Shown here in pieces: positions 51,436-63,041 of a stretch of DNA of 64,000 nt. The number at the start of each line of letters is the position of its first letter. Position 1 is the stretch's first letter. The stretch spans positions 234,251 through 298,250 of the forward strand of contig NMRA01000534.1 of the NCBI GenBank assembly GCA_002633005.1. The letters run 5' to 3'. Position numbers and translations under genes: made by a program. Source of the DNA: Phoronis australis (taxonomy: Eukaryota; Animalia; Phoronida). A model generated the notes under the pieces. That model was not told the DNA's origin and ran no database searches. It saw nothing but the letters and a program-made list of their open reading frames with translations.

Positions 51436-52782
51436 AATGTGTAAACGCATAATTTTCAAATTTGCATTTTTGGGTTGGCCAACCCAGATAAACCTGAAGA
51501 GTTTTTTTGAGTCGCTGATCATTTCAGTTTTCTTGTTGATTACGGACATGAATACCATCACTGTAATCAGTAATATGAGACCGATTTCAAAAAGCCCGAT
51601 TTAATTTTTGTTTTTAGCTAGCTTTAAGCATTTTACACTTACGTGTCCACATACTTTGATCATTCTCTTCGAAAATAACTTTGTTATTCACAGGCAGCGA
51701 TTACGTGGGGTCCTACGACGTCCACACAAACAGTAATTGTGGATGGAAATGCGTGTATGAACCCGGATACTATTGGCTAATATGCTACTGGTCTGGTAAA
51801 TGGGAACACCGTTGTTATTGTGAAAGACGCACTCCTTTGAGAGTGAGCTTTCACACCGACGCACGCTGCAAATGCCTGCGATACAAGCACGGAGAGACGG
51901 AGTATTTCTCGTTTTTACGATGCCATTGTAATTGAGAAGAAACGCACAGATTGTGTATACGTGGGATTGAGCAAAAGTGTGGTGTGCACGGTTTTTATTG
52001 CACCGTCTAGTTGTGTATGCAAATTATAATGAAGTGATGTAGGTACTTTTGTGGTAGGCCCCGCTGCATCAACGTACGTGCTAGTGATTCAAGACTACAA
52101 AAACTATGAATGAATTCTATTTCTTGAAGTGTTAACTTTCTTCCGGCTTTCAAATGCTATCGCGAAAATTGTTGTTTCCACGATTGTGCAGTGTACTACG
52201 ATGTAATTAACGTAGACAAATTTTGCTGTTATTTAGTAAAAGCAGTTGGTTGCTGTCCAGTTTTACTAATGTGGCCATAGACTTTGCAAAACACCTAACG
52301 CATTTCAAAACTTAGACCAACCACGTCACGATTGAAAATTTATCCTGGTGTAAAGACTGTCCTACAATTGTTATTTTAGTAGGGCGAGACATCATGGCTT
52401 CAATTTATACGCTATCGCTCAACGAGACAAGATAGTTTCATTGAGTGGTTTCGCAGCTGAATTGTTTCATAAACGATTGATGTTATTACCGTAGTATAAT
52501 GCTGTTCATTTTGAAATTTATTTGTTATTCTTACGCTGTCGCAGACATGTTTAATAATATAACTGATGGTAAAAGGACAGCTACTGCAGAATGGCAAGTG
52601 TTCCTTTGCTTTTCACCTAACCATTCTACGTTTCGGAGTTTTGTTTGACAGTGTACTAGATCTTATGCACCAATAAAACAGTAAACACCAATGGGAAATT
52701 GCACGAATATCCTTAAATAATCAGATTACCTCTCACAAACTAGTCTCGACAAGTTCTTTGTCCAGCTCATGCCACTGTTGAA
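51436..52782 (+). repeat. Segmental duplication unit B
   Basis: Colinear with 42615-44108. AATAAA at 52672. Confidence 0.9.
51694..51935 (+). CDS. Terminal exon encoding an unrecognised ~80-aa Cys/Trp/Tyr-rich peptide (copy B)
   Basis: Identical acceptor TTTGTTATTCACAG| (phase 1). Open to TGA. 9 Cys. Paralog of 42878-43125. Confidence 0.75.
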
Positions 52783-53191
52783 TAGCTGCTTAGTTCTGGA
52801 AGGGTTGACCAAATTTGTCGAAATTGGTGAAATTTTAACACAACTACAACTATTTTGACGACATCTCAGACATCGCTTGTGATTTGTTTGGAGAGTAGAA
52901 CTCATTTCCCATATAGAGAAACGGAAAGGCTACAGGGCTACAAGATTGTGAATGAGCTAAGATGCGTTTTTAGATCGGTGAAAAAATTCTTCTTCAATAT
53001 ATCAATGTTCTGGGAATTCAATCTGTTTAGCCTTCTAGTGCCCCTGATACGAGCCCGAGCTGAAAAAGTGGACCTATCAAGGAAAAATGTGCCAGAGACA
53101 TGGACATAAAATGAGAACTGATATGTGCGGTTGCGTAGTTTACGGTATCAGTGGTTTTGTTGAAATTCCTTTCCCTAGATACAAATCAACT

Positions 53192-53500
53192 TGGTGGCAA
53201 CGGTGGGATCTTAAAATGGCTAAAATAAAGCCACCGAAACTCGATCTAACAATCAGTGACTACAAAGCAGAGGCCGTTGAGCTGTGGCTAGGACTTTTCA
53301 ATGACTTTTGTACTTTGCAAGACTGGCGAGATCTCTCAAAAGAGGGTTATGAACAGTGGAAACCGGCAAACTATGCGGCCGAAATTAGTGCCTTCCGCCT
53401 AGCCCTCCCTATCGAGGTCCTCAAAACTATGAAAAGTACCATTGCCCCAACGATGACAACCTCTGCGCCCACGACGGGCAAAAATGACACCTACATTGGG
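53192..53500 (+). mobile_element. LTR retrotransposon (Gypsy-like) primer-binding site and truncated gag N-terminus
   Basis: TGGTGGCAACGGTGGGAT (53192-53209) is complementary to a tRNA-Leu 3' end with 1 mismatch. ATG at 53216 gives MAKIKPPKLDL...WLGLFNDFCTL, which is gag-like. Confidence 0.75.
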
Positions 53501-54399
53501 CACAGGCGTCCTCAGCTTCTGATCGTCCCCAATACACTACATATAATACTACAAGGTATGACACTCCCGACTAGAAATTCCACGGGTGCTTCACTTCAGC
53601 CGTCCATAGCAAATATAAAACTCATTAATTTTACACAAAACAGAGGTTCAACAAACCATGAAGAATTGTTCTTTCTCCCAATATCATTCACGGTGTCCTG
53701 TTTCGGCGACTTCGTAAGAAATTCGCAGTCAAAGAACAAAAATGTTCACAAAAAGCCCCCACACACCTTCATCGTGGGCCGCTCGAGGTCAAGGACGGTA
53801 CGGAAATTGCCGGTGTGTCGCGTAAAGTCACGGGGGCCGCGAAGTCGGGTTCCTCTTCCCGTCAGGGCAAAGGTTGTACAGTAACTATGATTTGAATAAT
53901 GTATTTGTATTTCTAAATAAAAATCCTCCTAACTTATGTGACAATAGCATATAAAATCGAGTAATTGTTTCACAACAGCTTTCTGTCAGCAAACACTGAA
54001 TTAGCATGCGCTCACACGGCCTCGGTGCCCGGTCAATTACCTTTGTTGTCGACATCAAAAGCTGGCAACGCAGTGCTTTATTCATTGCTGGTTTCTCAAT
54101 ACATTTGCACTCACGAGCACTTTAAGGCATCACGAATTGTATCTAATGAGACAGACTTTGTTTCAGTTTCATATAATCTGGTTAGGATCATTTTAGGATG
54201 AGAATAATTCATTTTGAAACAGAACGCAGAATAATAAACGTTTACATTGCAACTCGCCCGGCGACAATCCCGAATTAGTCAAGAACCCATCCGACGAAGG
54301 CTTCACAGATAGATCGTTAGGTTTCACAGGCTATCAGTTCGAACCGGAATACACTGATCAAGCAATACTAGAGAGGCGCCGTGAACATGCACAGGCAAC

Positions 54400-54663
54400 G
54401 GAAGGCGGGAACGTATGGATAGTTCTTTGGTAGGCCGGAATTCGTCAGAGAAATCACTGTCGACGAAATGCCGGCCACAGACACGGAGATGTTTCACGTC
54501 CTCATACTTACTATTAACAGCATACCTTTCATTCTTAACTACCGCGAGCCACTTCCTTAACATTTCGGTTTCTCGAAGAAGTCAAAAAAAACGATATACC
54601 CGCTTTCTTCGGAGCTTTATAGTTCGGACAAGCGGGAACCGATGCACTGCAATACAGCGGCAT
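54400..54663 (-). pseudogene. THAP zinc-finger remnant of a DNA transposon (Kolobok- or P-type)
   Basis: MPLYCSASVPAC...GISFF(frameshift in T8 run)...LRKWL...LRVCGRHFVDSDF fits the C2CH THAP signature. A possible CCT|TTAA end lies near 54830. Confidence 0.8.
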
Positions 54664-56489
54664 TCACACTGCAGACGAACCACTGACGTCGCTGCGTCGC
54701 TTCTCACCTTCCTCCCAGGTTAACGCGACACCTCTAGGCAAGGTGAGGTCGACCGTATAAGAGGCGATGTGAATATAGACCGATTAAGACAGTAAAAAAG
54801 ACTAATTAAATCGGGTGGCATTCTCCTTTAACTACGCAAAGCCTTGCCATTGTTTCACACTACGACTCTGTTGAATTTGAGGGAACCCCAGCTAGCGTTG
54901 ATTTTTCTGTGTTTCCGAAAGTATTGTAGGACGATGGGACTGCATGCTCATTGGGTGGGCGGGGAGGGATGGCAGGGGGAGTTCCTAACTATGTATCAAG
55001 TACGATCATGATCATAATAAGGACGACTCGACTGACTGCTGACGCGACAAAGGGGAGAGGGCGACCACAATGATCTCAACATCTTCGTTGTCATCCATAA
55101 TCTAATTTTACAGGTGGGATTTACGAAGCTCACACGAACCAGTCCTGTGAGTGGAAGCGAGAAGGGGGCTCTACTTGGAAACGATACTGTTATTGCGGCA
55201 AACATCCTGACGGATTTAGCGAAACACACGAGTCCAACACCTGCCAGTGGATCAGAGGAAGCGATATCCAAGGCAACGTGGATCCAACCTTGAATTATTA
55301 CTTTTGCAGATGTGTCTGCTGTCTCCACTAAACCACCAAAAGTTCCAGGGACGGACCACAGCTGTATTCTTTCAAGGCGAATTTCTGGCGTTTTAGTTTT
55401 TTCCTTTCATTTGTCTTTGGACTAGTCTCTGTGGTAAATGTCGGTTATTAGGAAAACTGCAAATTACGCCTGCGGTCCTAACAAACAAAAAACAACAAAC
55501 GTAGTAGCGATTCTTGAAAAAACGCAATTCACAAATTTGTTGTTATGGTTAAATAATTGCGAGATTTGTCAATTCGCTTTATTAATCATTTTAGGGAGCG
55601 TTCAAACATTACGTCATCACTGAAGGGGGAAGAGTTTGGGAATGATGACAACTGTTTCTTTTATTAAAGAAAACTTGTAACCTAACGCGCAAGTACATAC
55701 ATATAGGATGTGATCCGCCACGTGAACAGTCTGGGTGAATGACTTTCTAAAACCGCTCTGAGGAGGTGGCGTGTTACAACTATTATTAAAATCTTTTGGC
55801 CTATTTGTACCGACCTCTTGTAAATAGACAAGAGGTCGGTGTAAATAAACCAAGAGGTTTTAACAATAGTTGTAGTGTGGGTGAAGTATTTAAAACAACC
55901 GCAGAAAAAATGAAAGAAACTTAGGAATTCGAAGCGTAAGGGATATTCGGTCTCGGTCGGTACGCTAAATGTCTCGTGGGATATTACTTCAACTACGCCA
56001 CTCTTGGTATGTTTTGTTTTTTTATTGCATTGCTGAATACAACAGTGGCAAATGCAATTTACGATGAGAGAAAGACATTAGTCAGACATAAGAATCATAT
56101 AGACGGAATTTGCAACGAACTGTCGGTTCTTCCAAAAATAGGGAGTTGGCTATGGTGACGTAATTAGAGGCTAGACGGGAATGTTTATATCTTGTTGACG
56201 GGTGATGACAAAAGGGGGGAGGGGGTAAAAAGTGGCAAATTTTGGATGACGAAATATGTGAACGCTCCCTCACTGGCTGACATTCTCAAGTCACTTTTTA
56301 TAATCTTAACCACTCTAATGATAACTGTGTAGCTCCATTTTAGGAATCGGTTGTATTTGCTTGGTTTTGGCACTGAATGAATTGGTTTTATTTCCTGATC
56401 ACACGTGATTAAACTATGGATCGAATGAAGTTCATTGATTGACCCTGAGGGACAATTCACCGCCGCTAACTTAATCTATATCACTATTA

Positions 56490-57663
56490 AGTCCAGGGCT
56501 TCATGAGGAGCATGCGTAGCGCACCAGTGTGGTAGAGAACTAAGTGGAGTCGAGAGTTTTTAACCTAATTTACAGTACATTTTGAGTAAACACGCCGAAG
56601 TTTGCATTGCGCTCTATTGAAGCAACCGAGAGTAAATCGCGAAAACTAAATAATAAAGTTTTGCGAGAATATTGTGATTTCTGCTAGATATAATTCATGG
56701 TATAGACACGATCCCATAGGTGCATCTTTTAATTTCACGCACGGTTCCCAAACACCCATCCGCAGTAGAAATTGGGTACCCACGTTACTTGCCACATGTA
56801 TCGAAAATAGTCCATACCTGGTGACTGCGAACTCCATAACTGGGGACATGTGCCCTGTCGCACGAAACAGTTTCAAATAGGGACTCGACAATGTTTCTGA
56901 ACTTTTTACCGTGGACTGTGAATAAACTTGTTGCAATAGTTATATTTTTATGCAATGCCCTTTATCTAAGGACTGTTTATTTTCCTTAAAAAGCGCTCAG
57001 ATTTTAGTTACAATATTTAAAAATGGCTCTGAGTCAAAGAGGAGCTCGTAATAAAGATAAACTGATAAAAAAACATAAGACTGGTGAGTAAACAAAGACA
57101 CAAACACGCCGAAGGCGATATAGGGAACTTAATTGAGTCCCTATTTAGGATTTGTTAATGCACTGCAACTGGGAACAGATTCTTGATCCGAGCACTGGTC
57201 TAAAGTTTGGTCCGGTGTGGAGTTTGGTCAACGCGTATGGTGAATTTTATTTTTGGCGCACATGTTGAGATTAGAGGTGCGAATATGGAAGTGGTTTCGT
57301 GGATTCGACGTTTGGTGGTCCGGATTTGGGGCTTAGCATACCGGAGCACAAATAAAGGCGCGGCCATGGAATCTTTTCCCTCCCTGTATTTAGCACTACG
57401 ACTGGGTCTTCGTTTTCTGTGTACAAAATGGTATCTGTGTCCAAATAACAACGCAATATTCCATAACAATTGCACAGTATATTATGTCAAGTCCTGTATT
57501 CGCCATTTACTTGCGGCTGCTTCCGTTTTATTGCCGGGTCCAGCAGAGCGCTAAGTAAAAATCGGCGTGTTCACTCAACATGTAACTTAGGTTAAAAACT
57601 CGACTCCATCTAGTTCTCTACCACACTAGTGCGCTACGCATGCTCAACTCGAAACCGTGGACT
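56490..57663. mobile_element. Non-autonomous DNA transposon with ~110-bp imperfect TIRs
   Basis: AGTCCAGGG...GCATGCGTAGCGCAC...AACACGCCG matches the reverse complement of 57563-57663. Confidence 0.75.
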
Positions 57664-57997
57664 CGTCTATAAAAACGCATTTGCAACATGGCACTGCTAC
57701 TTTTCTTTCTTCATTTTCTGAAGCCTCAACTCTAAACTTGATCAATGACACTGTGCGAAATTTGAAATAACTTGAAGAGCGTCACGCGAAGTTATTTGCT
57801 GAGTTTGACGTAGATGTTAGAGCCTTTTCAAGCGAAATTAGCATGCCTCGAGCCCAGTGCAGTCATCAATACATGTACATCGCTTCTCTTCTGTCGAGGA
57901 AGATCAATCGAACAGCCAGTCAGCAGAAGTTGCAATGACAGACTTTAGCTTGCCAACGACTGTTTTTACTCAGCACGCGGCGAAATTTCACGTAAAG

Positions 57998-58430
57998 CAG
58001 TGGCGGATCTAAGATATCACAAGGGGGCAACATTTTGTCTGTAAACATTTGCTCAAAGCACGATTGTAGATGCGCATATCACCGAATGGGGAGAGGTCGG
58101 GAGGGGGGTTTGCCCCTCCCGCCCAGGAAATTTTTCTGTTTTCTTCCTCTAAAAATCAAGCATTTTCCTTGATTCCCGAAGTATTATCCAAGAAAAAAAG
58201 GCAAAAAAAAAAAATCGGAGAAAGTGTCAAACAGGAAAAACTGCAAGCGCCACAGACTCGAACTCACAACCTGGCGGATAGAGCGCGCGTGCTTTACCAC
58301 TGTACCACCACGATTTAACTCATACTTTGATACTAAGAGACCTATTTGTTTATGGTCCACAGCGTTTGCGCGCGAAACCTTCTTTTTGTAATGCTTATTA
58401 CATGTTTTATATTTTGTGCAATCACTTCGT
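57998..58430 (-). mobile_element. Partial copy of the 2654-3993 element, including the tRNA-like segment
   Basis: CAGTGGCGGATCTAAG end. Inverted homology to 3555-3993. Confidence 0.8.
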
Positions 58431-59109
58431 AACAACCGCCGTGGGTGCGCGCATGGTACTGACCAGACTTGAAACGTTTGGCATAAAGCCGAAGTTGTGT
58501 TCATATGCATATATTCCATAACATAGTGATGATTCAAAATACATTACATATCGGAAAGGTGAAAAAAAATACAACGAATGTGCTGTTTAGTCAAAATTAT
58601 TTTTCCCAAAAATCTTAACAATTCCTCTTTGGTGGCCTCGGGCCCACTACAACCTAATGTATTCAAGGAACGCATGTAGATGACTAAAATTATTTTTGGC
58701 AATCATCAAGATATCGCGTCTCCTTTGTTGTAAACGCCGCCAAAAGTTGACAGACGTGACAGGTAACAAGTATTTTGTCTGATTAGGTTTGTCTTGTGTT
58801 GTACTCAGCATAAGGCGATAGGACTGATTCCACAAAATACACTAAAACAAAGTTAAGCATCTTGGTAAAATCGACGCAAATTAAAATTTCCGTTTGAACT
58901 AACTTCACAAGACAAGTTCATAGAAACCAGAGTCCGCACTCCTCTTTCACAAAATGAGCGTAGTAATTCATATTCAAAGAATAAAAATAAAAATAAAAAA
59001 TGGCAAATCTTTTAATACATCAAGTAGTAGCAGTAGCAGTTCACTAGTGACCTGTGCTAAATTTAAATAATAAAGTAAGAATGTAAAAACATCCAGCCCA
59101 TTCGGCTTG

Positions 59110-59560
59110 AAAATCACTGATTACACAACAGTATATAAACTCCTCTTGCAGTTAAAAATGCTTCCTTTTCAACATATGAATCACTAAACAAACTAAGCTT
59201 ATCTGTATGTTTTCTACGTAAACCGCGATATAGAGTACAGTGACGCACAAAAGGAAGTTCATCTTCTACAGCTGTGAGACACCATACGCGACATAACTTT
59301 TTCTGGTTTAAAATTAGTGTACCTTCCAACCTTTATCTCAAGTACAAGAGTACCAAATCTTAAGGGACAAAATAAAAAATCTTACTCAAGGAAAACAAAT
59401 ATACACGTATGCCTCAATTTTAAAATTTTCCTCATACGTCATTAAGTTCTCAACTTTGGTTTTGTCCTAATATCTTTCTTCCAATGTTCCTCGCCAATAC
59501 TGAACATGATAAAGTTTATGCTTTCAATATCCTAGAAAGACTTGAATACAAAAATATTAT
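59110..59560 (-). pseudogene. Decayed LINE ORF2 3' end
   Basis: LCRV.C..AVEDE.PF..HC.LY..LR resembles the CCHC end of L2/CR1-group ORF2. Confidence 0.55.
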
Positions 59561-60589
59561 TCATATTGCACGAACTGAAAATGCATTTTAGTTCAGCTGT
59601 TTTGTACACAATGGCAAAAGTCTAAAAAGTTTTACTATAAAGATCAAACAAAGTGGAATGGCGCGTAGTGATTCAGGGCTCGCAGCATGTGTGAGACCTG
59701 TGTGTGTTTCAGTGGTAAGTTTTGATTTGTTTTGACAACCAGTCCGTTGGGAGAAATAATTAATATTCTATGCCAGAATAAGTTCATTAGTTAAGATTTC
59801 CACCACTGTACTATACGTGAAGTGGAGCACAGAGTAAAAGCCCTTGCAGTCTGACTCCTGTTAAAACAATGGGGTTGCATGAGGTAATCTCCACCAATCA
59901 TCTGCATGGGGTGGAAACCAACTCTTACCACCCCCGCACCCCCTTACAACACATCGCAAAACTCTTACCACGCACAAAATCCCTTACCACGGAATCTAAT
60001 CTCAGGCACTCTAACCACAGACAACTACACTGCAAAAGTGACCGAAAAAAATCAACACATAGAAACAGGGCTGCGTGCCTGAGTGAAGGTGTAATTTCTG
60101 TCACATAGAAAGTTTTCTATGCTGTATACCTTCAGAACGAACCCTTTATGATTCTTGTGACATTATTAAATAGAGATTTGACGCCACTTTGAAAGTCTAC
60201 CCTTGGCTAAACCTTTGGTAGAATCTAGGACCATGTATTGGTCTTATTAGGGTAGAGTGGAAACTGCAACTCGCATCAAACTTGCAGGCAAACAGTCTAA
60301 AAGCCTTCTAACGAGTTAGTGGCTGGTGACAACAAACCGAGAGAGGAGATAATCTCAAAGCAGTGATTCGCTAGAGAAAAAATCGTATGCCATAATTAAA
60401 TACCCAACTTTCACAAAAGAACAAATCCGTAACAAAATATACAACATGGCGCTTAAAATTAATGTACAATAAGCAATGAAAATGTCAAAGTCCAAATAAT
60501 ACCACTGTCAATCTTGCCCGCGAAGCATATTTCAACATTTACGAGATATGTCACACCACTTTAACGAATGAAAAACACGAGCAATTTTG

Positions 60590-60775
60590 AAAGCTACAGT
60601 GTATATAGGAATAAACGTATGTCATCAATCCTCACACAAAGTACGGTTTTGAAAACTACAGTGTATATATAGGAATAAACGTATGTCATCAATCCTCACA
60701 CAAAGTACGGTTTTGAAAGCTACAGTGTATATAGGAATAAACGTATGTTATCAATCCTCACACAAAGTACGGTTC
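60590..60775. repeat. ~62-bp tandem repeat x3, adjoining a LINE 3' remnant (60775-60960, -)
   Basis: AAAGCTACAGTGTATATAGGAATAAACGTATG...GTACGGTT repeated. The adjacent minus frame reads ICRKC...IEDE. Confidence 0.85.
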
Positions 60776-61108
60776 GTAATAACAGAAACTCGTCCTCAAT
60801 TACAGAGATCTCACATTTTCGACAAATCATAAATTTTTTCAATTCTCTATGTAAATTTAACTTCTCCTTCAGTTTCCAAGCACTACTGTCTGTTCCACGA
60901 AAGAGACTTTGGCGCAAATTCAGTATTACGCTTCCACTTGACAATTGATGCATTAAAGGTTTTAACATGACAACCTGAAAACAACTGTTAGAAACGATCT
61001 CAGTAACTAAGCAATGATGTGTGTATACTCAGCGACTTAGTGAGGCTTGTTTAGTTTTATGAAATGCTTGTGTGGAGCATAAGACCAAAATTTTCAGTGA
61101 CTTTTAAG

Positions 61109-61249
61109 TCTTACGTCACTTTTCATGATACATATCCCTGGTTAGACCACATAATTTTAGGTAAATCTGTATATAATCTTACGTCACTTTTCACGATACA
61201 TATCCCTGGTTAGACCACGTAATTTTAGGTAAATCGGTATATAATCTTA
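61109..61249. repeat. ~68-bp tandem duplication
   Basis: TCTTACGTCACTTTTCA...GTATATAA occurs twice. Confidence 0.85.
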
Positions 61250-61493
61250 AGATTTGCGTATTCTATGTCTAGTATCTCTAGTTTTCAAAACAAAGTTGTT
61301 AAGACAAAGCACAAGTGCGATTCTGAGAAAGTTTAAGGATAGATACGTTTAACCAAGAGCCCAGAACGCCAGAGCGAAACAGAGTCATTATTGCTCTAGT
61401 TTTCAATTGTTTGATTTTGTTGCGTCTTTGTCAGTCTGGTGTCCTTTGAAACAAAAAATACTTAAAACCGGTTACCTTCACTTGGCTAAGAAT

Positions 61494-61714
61494 TTAAGGC
61501 GAAACCGTCGTCACTGTAACCTCACACAATGCTAAAGTTTCATCTACCCTAGGGGAGTGAATCTGTATCGTTAGGTATCTTCCGTATACGAGTGCATCAC
61601 AGGGAACCGCTTTGGTAAGTTCTGAAAAGGTACCCTCGTGAAAGGCACATTGCTCACCGCTGGCAATAGACGAAGAGTTGGAAACCCTCATAGAAAAGTC
61701 ATGTAACCTATCAG
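61494..61714 (-). CDS. Exon encoding the C-terminal half of an F-type lectin (fucolectin-like) domain
   Basis: Acceptor TTTATCCATTTCAG| (phase 1). DRL.DF..RV...CA...C...GRYLTI...L.LCEV.V signature, then a TAA stop. Confidence 0.8.
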
Positions 61715-61984
61715 CTGAAATGGATAAACAAATCAACAATCAATAATCAATAAGGGCACGAATTGTAAACTCTCGACAGACCGAGTGCATACCAAGAATC
61801 GACAACAACCGCATTTGTTAAAAATTACAAATTAAAAAAGAAATTGCTGATGTTCATTTGTTGGTAGCAAGCACCTACCATACTGGCTCGATTAAGCCCC
61901 GGGAGTTGTATAAGCGCCGGTCTGGATTTAGCGCCGGGAGCTAACTATTCAATGTACAATTAGCGCCGGGCCTAGTATATTAAG

Positions 61985-62541
61985 TATGATGGGCCGTTGG
62001 GGGGAAAGTGTCGCCGGAAAAATACGAGCGTAATCGTGTACATTACGCCGTTATTTACGCCGTTAATTACGCCGTAAAATTACGAGCGTAATTTAATTCT
62101 TTACGGCGTAAAATTACGCTTGTAATTTAGTTTAAACTCTTAGCCAATGACGTTGGNATATATATATATATATATTATTGAGTGACGTCATTTGCGATAA
62201 ACCCAAGCGCCTGTGGTCAGCGATTGTGCAAGAACGAGCTGCCCAGCAACAGTCGTGTATGTTAGGTCATCACTGATTGGTTTAAATTTGGAACGTTCTT
62301 AAGGTATTTTACGAGCGTAATTTACGGCGACATTTCCCCCGTTTAATTTACGGGCGTAATTTTACTGCAACACTTTTGCAATTTAACTTTCGCTCGTAGT
62401 TACGAGCGTAATTTTACGGCGAAACTTTTCCCCATTTAATTTACGAGCGTAATTGTACGGCGACAGTCCTGCAATTTAATTTACGCTCGTAATTACGAGC
62501 GTAATTTTACGGCGACACTTTCCCCTCAACGGCCCACCATA
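61985..62541. mobile_element. MITE with ~30-bp TIRs and TTACGAGCGTAA subrepeats
   Basis: TATGATGGGCCGTTG...AAAGTGTCGCCG / CGGCGACACTTT...CAACGGCCCACCATA. Confidence 0.8.
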
Positions 62542-62807
62542 GTTTACTTCTTGTAGCATTTAGCGTACCTGCTCGGACCGACTTCCTGGTGACGTGGAAC
62601 TTTTAAAAGGTTGTCAAACGAAACCTGAGGTCGCATTGGAGACCTGAAACTCACCAAGTCGAGCCCTGTAAACTTGTCCATTAATTAAAATTTGAAGTCA
62701 ATTTAGCGGCTAAGTGGCGCTTACTTACTCTCGAGGAAACGTCGCTGTTGGTGGCCGGCCTGCAAAAAGGAAGCAGAGATGCGCGCTATTGTAATTCCGG
62801 TGAGAAG

Positions 62808-63041
62808 CATGGGCGCACGCACGGGGGCTCTAACGAGGCCCCCAATTTGGCGAATTGGACAAAAAGGTCAACCTCAGCGAAACAAAAAGTCCGAGTAAAC
62901 TAGACAAAAGTCCACAGGAATTCTGCGCTGACGCACAATTCGTAGGCCTGAACCTAGTGTCGTTGATTTTTGTCAATAAAAGGTCCGCATACTGAAAAAT
63001 TCGAGTCCCCACTGTATTTTACTAAGCTGGGTGCGCCCATG
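62808..63041. mobile_element. CATGGGCGCAC MITE with perfect 5-bp TSD AGAAG
   Basis: TIRs. AGAAG at 62803-62807 and 63042-63046. Confidence 0.9.

Noticed and set aside
55976-56158. Short hydrophobic ORF (MFCFFIALLNTTVANA) as a signal peptide
   Set aside because: It lies downstream of both cassettes, has no splice or paralog support, and T-rich sequence easily yields such stretches.
58245-58314. Functional amber-suppressor tRNA gene
   Set aside because: Acceptor and T stems do not pair, the anticodon register is ambiguous, and it lies inside a repeat.
60860-60975. Possible downstream exon of the lectin gene (acceptor near 60975, minus strand)
   Set aside because: The phase-1 frame closes after about 30 codons, and the region resembles a LINE 3' remnant.
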